The position numbers and the translations under genes are program-made. A DNA stretch of 64,000 nt, taken from NCBI GenBank assembly GCA_021513695.1, contig CP084166.1, forward strand, positions 32,001 to 96,000, given 5' to 3'. The stretch comes from Candidatus Heimdallarchaeum aukensis. Lineage in GTDB: Archaea > Asgardarchaeota > Heimdallarchaeia > Heimdallarchaeales > Heimdallarchaeaceae. The notes under the pieces are model-generated. The model was not told the DNA's origin. It searched no databases and saw only the letters and a list, made by a program, of their open reading frames with translations. Of the stretch, positions 49,114-56,912 are shown piece by piece; position 1 is the stretch's first letter; every line of letters starts with the position of its first letter.

Positions 49114-49791
49114 ATGTTGATGGTACCTACTCAGATGAAAAAAATAACCATACTAGGGACAACTGGTAGTGGAAAGACCACCTTTTTAGAAGCTTTATTT
49201 GGTGATTTTGAAAAAAATGATGTTAAAAGAGATTTGAGTAAAGAAAAAAGTTCAAATTGTGATTTTATTCCTTTGAAAAATAATACATTCAAAGAAAGTA
49301 CAACAACAATAAGTTTGAATGTCATTAATTCATTGCTTTATTTGACTACATTTAATCGATTAGGTTTAGAAAAGTTCGAAAATAGAGACAATATTGACTT
49401 TGAAAATGTTGAAGAGATTTATCAAATAGTTTTCAATGATCCTGCAGGACAAGAAAGATTTGATTTCATGCAAGAGATAGCAGTAAGAGGAGCAAACCTA
49501 GTAATTATAATGGCTGATGGCACAAATATCTCGAGTTTAGAAAAAGTAGTTCATTATATTTCGTTGGTAAAAATTGAAGAAAATCTATCTAAAAAGAAAA
49601 TACCGACTATTATTTTCATCAACAAATCTGATTTAAAGGAAAAGGGTGTTTATTTAGGAAAAAATGTAGCTGAGCAGATTATTTATTCAAGCATTCTTGA
49701 TGAGAAATTACTTATTTATGAAACTTCTAACCTTAAGAGAGAAACATATGATGAACCTTTGAGGATTATTTTTAACTATCTTTCATACTAA
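49114..49791 (+). CDS. Ras-superfamily (Rab/Ras-like) small GTPase
   Basis: 225-aa ORF. P-loop GTTGSGKTT. Switch II DPAGQERF (Rab/Ras DTAGQE). NKSD (NKxD). About 70-aa insertion between G1 and G3. Real start may be the internal Met (MKKITILG) at 49135. Confidence 0.75.
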   Translation: MLMVPTQMKKITILGTTGSGKTTFLEALFGDFEKNDVKRDLSKEKSSNCDFIPLKNNTFKESTTTISLNVINSLLYLTTFNRLGLEKFENRDNIDFENVEEIYQIVFNDPAGQERFDFMQEIAVRGANLVIIMADGTNISSLEKVVHYISLVKIEENLSKKKIPTIIFINKSDLKEKGVYLGKNVAEQIIYSSILDEKLLIYETSNLKRETYDEPLRIIFNYLSY

Positions 49792-49843
49792 ATATTTTTT
49801 GTTGATGAAAAAACCTTTTATTTTATAAATCTATTTCTAAGTT

Positions 49844-50818
49844 ATGAGCGTAAAAATAACCTCAGAATATATAGAGCTGCTGAATAAAGCAGTTGCAAGA
49901 GAATTACAAGTTTCTGTTCAATATTTTCTACAACACGCTAAAATTGAAAAAATAATGAGAAAAGTTAAAGCTGAAAATATTTTACTTGATTCCACAACTT
50001 ACGACCAGATAGGTCAGATTTTAAAGAAACTAGCAATAGAAGAAATGAAACATGCAGGATCAATCGTTGAGAGAATTTATTATTTGGGAGGCAAGGCAAC
50101 AACTAAAGCTTTTAAACCTAAAATAGGAGAAAATATGCAAGAATTTATGAAATATGGCTTTGAAGCTGAAGAAGAAGCTTTAGAATTATATCGTGAAATA
50201 ATCCGCGAGGCAGGTAAATTAGGAGATTATGATACTAAAGAACTCTTTAGGAAAATCTATAGAGAGGAAGAAGAACATCTTTATACGTTTCAAGAATATT
50301 TAACAATTAATATTAGTGAACCTGGAGAGACAGCACCAAAGTCCGAATGGAGAAAAGTTTTTGACGACGAATACTTTGCTCTATTAAACAAAGCCTTAGC
50401 TTCAGAACTGTCTGCTATTATTCAGTACATAACCCAACATGAAAAAGCGAGTGCAATCAATCTTAGGAAAAAAGAAACGCCTTTAGAAGTAATTACCAAT
50501 ACAAACAAAGCGCAAGTTATTAGTAACATGTTAAAGAAAATCTTTATGCAAGAAATGGAACATTACGAAAAGATTTCTGAAAGAATATACATGTTGGATG
50601 GAGAATGTACATTGGATCCTGATCCTTTGCCAAAAGTTGGTGAGAGCGTAGAAGATTTCTTGAAACTGGGTCATCAAGCTGAAGATGAAGCTATTGTTCT
50701 TTATCGTAAAATCATAGAAGAAGCTACTAAGAAGGGAGATATAACTACTAAGAAGATGTTTGAAGAAATATTGATGGAAGAAGAAGAACATTACTGGATG
50801 TTTGATGACTACTTGTAA
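49844..50818 (+). CDS. Tandem-duplicated ferritin-like (bacterioferritin/rubrerythrin-fold) diiron protein
   Basis: 324-aa ORF with two ~150-aa halves. Each carries ferroxidase-type E...QY/E..H ligand motifs (ELQVSVQYFLQH + EEMKHAGSIVERIYYLGG; ELSAIIQYITQH + QEMEHYEKISERIYMLDG) and the conserved E-x-x-H second pair (EEEHLYTFQEYL; EEEHYWMFDDYL). Confidence 0.7.
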   Translation: MSVKITSEYIELLNKAVARELQVSVQYFLQHAKIEKIMRKVKAENILLDSTTYDQIGQILKKLAIEEMKHAGSIVERIYYLGGKATTKAFKPKIGENMQEFMKYGFEAEEEALELYREIIREAGKLGDYDTKELFRKIYREEEEHLYTFQEYLTINISEPGETAPKSEWRKVFDDEYFALLNKALASELSAIIQYITQHEKASAINLRKKETPLEVITNTNKAQVISNMLKKIFMQEMEHYEKISERIYMLDGECTLDPDPLPKVGESVEDFLKLGHQAEDEAIVLYRKIIEEATKKGDITTKKMFEEILMEEEEHYWMFDDYL

Positions 50819-50888
50819 TCTAAAACTAAAATATTTTTTCTCTTTTTTGGAAAAGGATTATAAGCTGTAAGGTTGAAGTAATTTAAGA

Positions 50889-51254
50889 ATGAGTAATATA
50901 AAGAAACTCACTTTTTCTGTAAATCAAAGTAGAAGAGTGATTCGTGCAGCAGAAAACAAGAAAATTGAACCTAAAGAATTGCTTAAAGGTTATGAGCTTA
51001 TGGTAAATACCCTCTTTAAGCATTGGAAAGAAGAATATGCTGAAACTATGGAAATTGACTTTCAAACATTTTTTTATGAAATAATGAAATATGCTGAAGT
51101 TAAATATAGATTAGAAAAGACCAAGTCTGATCTAAAAAAAATAAAAGAAATGTCAGAGTTGTTAAACGAAGCCATTGAAGAATATAAAGAAGATTATACA
51201 ATTTTGAAGGCTATAGAAGATAGTTTGAGAAATATGGGTGTTGAGTGGGTTTAA
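50889..51254 (+). CDS. Hypothetical protein
   Basis: 121-aa K/E-rich ORF with no recognisable domain. Directly abuts the next ORF (stop/start TAAATG). Confidence 0.4.
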   Translation: MSNIKKLTFSVNQSRRVIRAAENKKIEPKELLKGYELMVNTLFKHWKEEYAETMEIDFQTFFYEIMKYAEVKYRLEKTKSDLKKIKEMSELLNEAIEEYKEDYTILKAIEDSLRNMGVEWV

Positions 51255-51704
51255 ATGAAATTGAATATTACCCAATTTAAGATTAAATTCAAGGATAAAA
51301 TAGAAATTGAAAATGAAGAGAAATTTGCAGATAATATAATCTATTATTATCCGTTTTTTCAATCTTTAGATAAAAATGAGTTAGAGAAGTCTCTTCAATC
51401 AATAAGAGAAGAAAAAAAAGTCTTGGAGAAAAAATTCAAAAAAATAAAAGAAGAGTTCTCAGATATACTGGGAGAGATAGCAAAAATACGTTTCACAGCT
51501 AATGAATTATATAATCAAAATAGGGTTATAGCTCTGACTACAGGGTTATTAAGACATAAGCTGATAGATTTACATAATAATAATGTTGAACTTCCTTTTG
51601 ATTATGAGGAAACACTTAAGTTTGTAGAACATTTTATTTATAGATATTTAACTAAAAAAGAAGATAAAAGACTTGTTGCCCAGCTACCTTTTAAAGAGAT
51701 TTGA
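51255..51704 (+). CDS. Hypothetical protein
   Basis: 149-aa ORF with no recognisable domain. Upstream of the serine recombinase gene. Confidence 0.4.
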   Translation: MKLNITQFKIKFKDKIEIENEEKFADNIIYYYPFFQSLDKNELEKSLQSIREEKKVLEKKFKKIKEEFSDILGEIAKIRFTANELYNQNRVIALTTGLLRHKLIDLHNNNVELPFDYEETLKFVEHFIYRYLTKKEDKRLVAQLPFKEI

Positions 51705-51783
51705 GAAAATTCACACTTTTTCTATTTGGAATAGTAATACTAAGTTTTATATTAAAAATAGAGAACCTTATTGCAAGGTCAAA

Positions 51784-52506
51784 ATGATTCGTTGTGTTAT
51801 TTATGCTCGTACATCTACAGCTGATCAAACTAGTGGGTTAGAAACACAGATTGAAGATGTAACGGCTAAGATATATCAAGCTGGAGATAGAGCAATAGTA
51901 AGAATAATTAAAGATCAAGATATTGCAGGCGATAGTGACCCTGAATATAGACCCGGATTTAAAGAAATCCTAGAAATGGCAAAGAATAATCAATTTGATG
52001 AGTTATGGTCTCAATCAAGAGACAGATTGTCAAGAGACGTTGATATTTTGGGTTATATTCGCATTCTTCTAAAAAAGAATAATGTTTCTATAGTTTGTTT
52101 AGATGATGAAGAAAACAAGGTTATTTCTAGAGTTAAAGACCTATTTGGTGAAATGGAACTTCAAAAATATAGAGAAAAAAGATACAAAGGAATGATGAGA
52201 AGACTAAAGGAACAAAAAGTAATGTCAAGACCTCCTTTTGGTTATAAAGTGAATGAGGAAGGAAAATTAGTTGTAGATGAGGAAAAAGCAGCAATAATTA
52301 GAAGGCTCTTTTCTGAATTTGACAACCCTTTGGCTTCTTTGAAAAGTTTAAGTTTGAAATATAATTTATCTGTCTCTACACTGCGAAATATTCGTTCAAA
52401 CCCAATTTATCGAACTGGTGAAGTACGTTGGGCAGGAAAAATTGCTTATTATGTTGATCCTATTGTCCCTGAAAATAAAGATCAAAAACTTAAGTTAGAC
52501 GACTAA
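51784..52506 (+). CDS. Serine recombinase (resolvase catalytic domain + partial 'recombinase' domain; truncated large-serine-recombinase-like)
   Basis: ATG 51784 (MIRCVIYARTSTADQ = Y.R.ST..Q catalytic-serine motif). RDRLSRD (SRLSR-like). Downstream recombinase-domain pattern RPPFGYKVNEEGKLVVDEEKAAIIRRLF ... STLRNIRSNPIYRTGEV. The protein ends about 60 aa later, with no zinc-ribbon or coiled-coil region. TATA-like TTTTATATTA about 35 nt upstream. Confidence 0.7.
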   Translation: MIRCVIYARTSTADQTSGLETQIEDVTAKIYQAGDRAIVRIIKDQDIAGDSDPEYRPGFKEILEMAKNNQFDELWSQSRDRLSRDVDILGYIRILLKKNNVSIVCLDDEENKVISRVKDLFGEMELQKYREKRYKGMMRRLKEQKVMSRPPFGYKVNEEGKLVVDEEKAAIIRRLFSEFDNPLASLKSLSLKYNLSVSTLRNIRSNPIYRTGEVRWAGKIAYYVDPIVPENKDQKLKLDD

Positions 52507-52520
52507 TTTTAGTATTTAGA

Positions 52521-53429
52521 TTAACTATACACCTTTTTTATGATATTTTCAGAAAGAGTATACTTTTCTCCTATAGGTTTTTTGTTAAGTCCTTTCTCAC
52601 TTATGTATCCACTTATTAGCTCTCGAGGGATTTTCTCAAAATGAACATCAACTACTTCCAAATTGGGATCATACTCTGTATTCCACAAATCAGTGCTTTC
52701 TGAAGGCATTATTTTGCCTATTACATCTATTTCTTTGAGCATAACCTTTTTCGCTGTTGCACCCACAATGAAAGGAATACTGTATTCTTCAGCTAACTTT
52801 GCCAAAATGTAACTCCCCGCCTTGTTAACTACTTCTCCTTGAGGAAAGATACTGTCTGCTCCAATAATTGCTAAAGTAGGTTTATATTTGTCAAACATAA
52901 CCTTCATTGCTGCATCAAAACTATAACGAACTTTATGTCCTATTTTCAGTAGTTCCTCTGCTAATGTTTTGCCTTCTTTCTTTGGACTAGATTCAAATAT
53001 AATAACTTCTAGTGGCTGTTTATAGAGTTCTTTTCCTACTCTTAACGATTCAAGTACAGTGCTTGCTCTGGAAAAAGTAATTATTGTCTTCTCTTCGAAG
53101 ATATGTTTAGAAATGTTTTGAGCGAGTATTTTCTTACTATTGTTTAATTTTTCAAGTTGTATAGACGGTATTTTCTCTAATTCTACTCCATTTTCCAGAA
53201 GTGACAAAAATTCTAGAACCAAATTTCGGAGGATAATCATATTTTTATTAATGTTAATGATCGGTAATAACTGATCAATTTTCTCATTTGTTGAATAATT
53301 ATCCCAAAGAGTAAAGTTTTTTTCAATTTCTTCTTTTAATATGAGTAAAACTTTTTCTGTTATTTCCATTGCTCCACTTGTTTTATCATCTCTTAAACTT
53401 TCAATCTCTTTGAAAAAGAATCCACTCAT
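52521..53429 (-). CDS. eIF-2B alpha/beta/delta-like family protein (ribose-1,5-bisphosphate isomerase / MtnA-like isomerase)
   Basis: 302-aa ORF with C-terminal family signature IIGADSIFPQGEVVNKAGSYILAKLAEEYSIPFIVGA (IF-2B fold: GAD.I..NG.V.NK.GT...A..A....IPF.V.A). Confidence 0.7.
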   Translation of the reverse strand: MSGFFFKEIESLRDDKTSGAMEITEKVLLILKEEIEKNFTLWDNYSTNEKIDQLLPIININKNMIILRNLVLEFLSLLENGVELEKIPSIQLEKLNNSKKILAQNISKHIFEEKTIITFSRASTVLESLRVGKELYKQPLEVIIFESSPKKEGKTLAEELLKIGHKVRYSFDAAMKVMFDKYKPTLAIIGADSIFPQGEVVNKAGSYILAKLAEEYSIPFIVGATAKKVMLKEIDVIGKIMPSESTDLWNTEYDPNLEVVDVHFEKIPRELISGYISEKGLNKKPIGEKYTLSENIIKKVYS

Positions 53430-53562
53430 ATAAAGATTAGATTAAGATAAAATAAAAAAGGTTACTAATTTTTTTTCTTATTTTTTAAATTGTCCAGATT
53501 TTTTGAGTGAACGTTTTAAATAAAAATTTAAAAGTAAGCGTTAATGAACGAACTCTAGAAAA

Positions 53563-54327
53563 ATGAAACAAGAAAACTCTGTTCCTTTCTTCACTGTTGC
53601 TGCAGGATTTAGCAATTATACTCGAGAATATCCTGCATATGTTGAAAAATTTGGAAAAGAAAATGTAGAATGGGCTTGTTATGCTGATAAATATACAACT
53701 GAAGAGCATATTGAGGAAATAAAGACACATTTTCCAAATGGTCGTCCATTTATTTTAATTGGTCATTCCTTAGGTGGATCATTAATTATTGAGATGTTGG
53801 CTAGAGAAAAGATGCCATCTGAGTGTAAAGGTATTGTTTTAGTAGGTGCAAGTAGAAGATTGTATCCTCACCCTGCTTTGAATTTTGCCTTCAGGTTGCC
53901 TGTTCCTCTCATTTATGCTTTCTCAGCTTTTCTTATGTTGATTTTTCCAATATTTTTAGTTGCTTACAAGTTCAACTTGCATAAAGCTTTTCATGCATCT
54001 TTTGAGGGATTTTGGAGATTAGTTGAAAATGGAGCAAAAAGGATGAAGAAAGAGTTTAACTATTGTTTGAGAGATATAGGAAAAAATGTTAGCGATATTC
54101 TTGAAGAAAATAAACACATTCCTGTACTTTTCATCAGATTAAAAAAAGACATAATGATAAGAGAAGAGGACGTTGAAGAAACAAAAAGCTTTTTCCACAA
54201 GCACAAAGAAAGAATTATTCCAATTGACACTATACATCTAAACCACGAGTTTGATAGTGTTGTAGCTGACATAATCAATGAAGAATTACCCTTTTTTGGT
54301 TTTGAAAGTTTCCAAAAAGGGAACTAA
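53563..54327 (+). CDS. Alpha/beta-hydrolase fold protein
   Basis: 254-aa ORF with nucleophile elbow GHSLGG and C-terminal Asp/His candidates (PIDTIHLNHEFD). Confidence 0.6.
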   Translation: MKQENSVPFFTVAAGFSNYTREYPAYVEKFGKENVEWACYADKYTTEEHIEEIKTHFPNGRPFILIGHSLGGSLIIEMLAREKMPSECKGIVLVGASRRLYPHPALNFAFRLPVPLIYAFSAFLMLIFPIFLVAYKFNLHKAFHASFEGFWRLVENGAKRMKKEFNYCLRDIGKNVSDILEENKHIPVLFIRLKKDIMIREEDVEETKSFFHKHKERIIPIDTIHLNHEFDSVVADIINEELPFFGFESFQKGN

Positions 54328-54480
54328 ATAATAATCAGGTTAAAAGAAACTCAACCCCTTAAATTGAAAATTAAATATAATTACAAATTCCATTTCTTTT
54401 TTTTAAATTTGAAAATCAATATTTAGTTACCGCTTTACTCTTTCAGAAAAAGTAAAAAAGCCCATCGAAATTTGAATTTA

Positions 54481-55401
54481 ATGGTTTCTATAACTTTCAT
54501 ACTTGCAATAATTTTTGGACTGATCTCTTATGCAGCTTATAACTTAGGTTTTGCATTGGAAAAAGAAGTTGTTGATAAAATAGATGAAAAAGATAAGAAA
54601 CCATTTTCAAAATACTTACTGCGTTTATTGAAAGAAAAAAGATGGCTAGCTGGCCTTTTCTTGACTTTCTTAAGTGTTCCATTTTATTATATTGCTTTGA
54701 TTTGGGTTCCTTTAGTAGCTATCTCCCCCTTATCTGGTTTTGGACTGGTTGTGTTAGCTATATATGCTCATGTTAAAGTTAAAGAAAAAATTAGTGTAGT
54801 TGAATTAAGTGCAATAGTTTCTGCTATAATAGGTATAAGCTTATCTTCTATTATTACAAGTAAGTATTCGATTACAATTACCCACGATGAATGGACAAAT
54901 TCTGTAATATCGCTTAAAGGTTTATTTTTAGGAATAAGCGTTTTAATATCTTTTCTGCTTTGCGCTCTTGTTTCGATATTTTCTAAAAAAAATAACTTAA
55001 AATTAATTTCTTTAGCACTGATTTCTGGATTATCTGCTGGAATTCAAGCAATAATTGTTAAAGGCATAGGTTCTTTAATTTATGATTATGGATTGACTAA
55101 TGTTTTTCTGTTATTTGTTTATTTAGCTCTATTAATTATTACTGCAGCTATTTCTACTTTAGTTCTTCAAATAGCTTTTAAATATGGAAAGGTTTCCACT
55201 TCTATGGCAATTTATAATGGACTAGTAACTATTTTACCAATCTGTTTTGCAGGTATTTTGTTAAACGAATGGCGACCAATTCCTTTGCTTTCTAAATTTA
55301 TTCTGGCTATTGCAATTTCTTTGACTGTCTTTGCTATCGTCTTATTAAGTTTAAGCCACTTAAAACACAATAATAGTGAAGAAAAAACCAAAAAAAAATG
55401 A
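54481..55401 (+). CDS. NIPA-like (DUF803) DMT-superfamily membrane protein, putative Mg2+ transporter
   Basis: ATG 54481 (track start TTG 54472). LLKEKRWLAGLF...VPLVAISPLSGFGLVVLAIYAHVKVKEKIS aligns with the NIPA core ([12 protein letters not shown]...[30 protein letters not shown]). Later LVTILPICFAGILLNEWRP matches NIPA ...AILFKEW. 9 TM segments. Confidence 0.55.
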   Translation: MVSITFILAIIFGLISYAAYNLGFALEKEVVDKIDEKDKKPFSKYLLRLLKEKRWLAGLFLTFLSVPFYYIALIWVPLVAISPLSGFGLVVLAIYAHVKVKEKISVVELSAIVSAIIGISLSSIITSKYSITITHDEWTNSVISLKGLFLGISVLISFLLCALVSIFSKKNNLKLISLALISGLSAGIQAIIVKGIGSLIYDYGLTNVFLLFVYLALLIITAAISTLVLQIAFKYGKVSTSMAIYNGLVTILPICFAGILLNEWRPIPLLSKFILAIAISLTVFAIVLLSLSHLKHNNSEEKTKKK

Positions 55402-55417
55402 TTGAATTAAAAAAGAA

Positions 55418-56776
55418 CTAGTCATCTTCTTTTTTTAGCAATCTTAATGTTTTTTTCTCTACCTCTTCTAGCACTTTTTCAATAATAATGGAATCAAAGT
55501 CATAATTCTTAATGACTATTTTTCCATTAACAATTACGTTTTTTATTTCTGAACCATTCATTGAATAAGCAAAATGACTCAATAATGAATCAGAAGAGAT
55601 AGCAGGAGTTAAATGTGGTTTTTTAAGATCAATTGTAACAATATCTGCGAGTGAATCTTGTTCTAAACTTCCTATACCCTTCCATCTTAAAGCTTTTGCT
55701 CCTCCAATCGTAGCTAACCAAAATGTATCCTTTGCTTTTATTACTTCTGGGTCAGAAAGTAATCCCTTATAAAATAAAGCTAAATACCTTACAGTATCAA
55801 AAATATTTAATGTATTGTTACTTGCTGGTCCATCAGTCCCTAATCCCAAATTTTCTATTTTTCTTATCATCTTATCCAATGGAGGCATATGATTTCCAAG
55901 TTTTGAGTTAGATAAAGGATTTACAATAACTCTAACTTTGTTTTTTCGAAGTTTAACGATATCTTCTCTTGAAACATGAATACAGTGGGCAGTTAACAGG
56001 TATTCATGTAATAATCCTATTTTTTCCATTAATTCTACTGAAGAATTGACATCAGGAAAATCTTCATTTTTATTGAGGTTAAACTTTTTAGCTTGAGTTA
56101 ATTCATCTTCTGGTTCTGCTAAATGGGTATGGATGAGTAATTTGTCTACATCTTCGCATTCTTGATTTCTGTTTAGTATATATTCATTTGCTTCAACAAA
56201 GTCAGAAATTGTTACTGTATAAGGAGAATGCAAAGATAAAGCAGCTCGGACTCTTCCTTTCTCTGAATTATGAAGTTTAGTTGCAAGAGAAAGAGAATTT
56301 TTCAGATTATTCATCCCAGAAATAACAGGAGGACCAACCATTCCTCTTATTAGAGTATCTTTAATTGCCTTTGCTTCTTCTTCAGGATACCAATACATTG
56401 AATTGATTGTAGTTACTCCAGCAAGTAAAGATTCTATAGCTCCTAATTTGGCACCATAATAAACATCTTCTGCTGTCAATTTTCTTTCCATTGGCCAAAT
56501 ATGATCTTGAAGCCAGATATTAAGAGGTAAGTCATCAGCTATTCCTCTAAACAAAGTCATTGCCAAATGGGTATGGCCATTAATTAACCCAGGGATAAGT
56601 AATTGATTTTCATCTCCTACTTTGTCATGTCCTACAACATCTTTTTTGACTTCAGAATATTTTCCTATATTTACAATCCTTTCTTGTTCAACCACTATTC
56701 CAGGATCTTCAATAAAATGGAGTTTTAAATCTGAAGAAAAGTAGAGAGCATATTTTCCTCTTATTACTAGTTCCAT
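55418..56776 (-). CDS. Amidohydrolase-superfamily deaminase (MtaD/5'-deoxyadenosine-S-adenosylhomocysteine deaminase-like)
   Basis: 452-aa ORF. Metal-binding LIPGLINGHTHLAMTLFRG (HxH). IHTHLAE. GLGTDGPASNNTLNIFD (His/Asp ligands). Overall MtaD/TRZ-ATZ-family length. Confidence 0.7.
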   Translation of the reverse strand: MELVIRGKYALYFSSDLKLHFIEDPGIVVEQERIVNIGKYSEVKKDVVGHDKVGDENQLLIPGLINGHTHLAMTLFRGIADDLPLNIWLQDHIWPMERKLTAEDVYYGAKLGAIESLLAGVTTINSMYWYPEEEAKAIKDTLIRGMVGPPVISGMNNLKNSLSLATKLHNSEKGRVRAALSLHSPYTVTISDFVEANEYILNRNQECEDVDKLLIHTHLAEPEDELTQAKKFNLNKNEDFPDVNSSVELMEKIGLLHEYLLTAHCIHVSREDIVKLRKNKVRVIVNPLSNSKLGNHMPPLDKMIRKIENLGLGTDGPASNNTLNIFDTVRYLALFYKGLLSDPEVIKAKDTFWLATIGGAKALRWKGIGSLEQDSLADIVTIDLKKPHLTPAISSDSLLSHFAYSMNGSEIKNVIVNGKIVIKNYDFDSIIIEKVLEEVEKKTLRLLKKEDD

Positions 56777-56912
56777 AAATTCTATTTATTCTACTTTTTT
56801 CAAAAATTTTTGGGTAAAAAATATTTAAGTTGTATAACATTCGGTTGCCTTTGAACAAATAATTAAATATGTTTTAACTATAATACTATATAGAAATTTC
56901 AGAGATGATTTT

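Noticed and set aside
51673-51783. N-terminal 37-codon extension of the recombinase ORF proposed by the ORF track (MLPSYLLKRFEKIH...)
   Set aside because: The conserved catalytic motif YARTSTADQ begins 3 residues after the internal ATG at 51784, as in all serine recombinases. The extension overlaps the upstream gene's end and a TATA-like element, so the shorter start was chosen.
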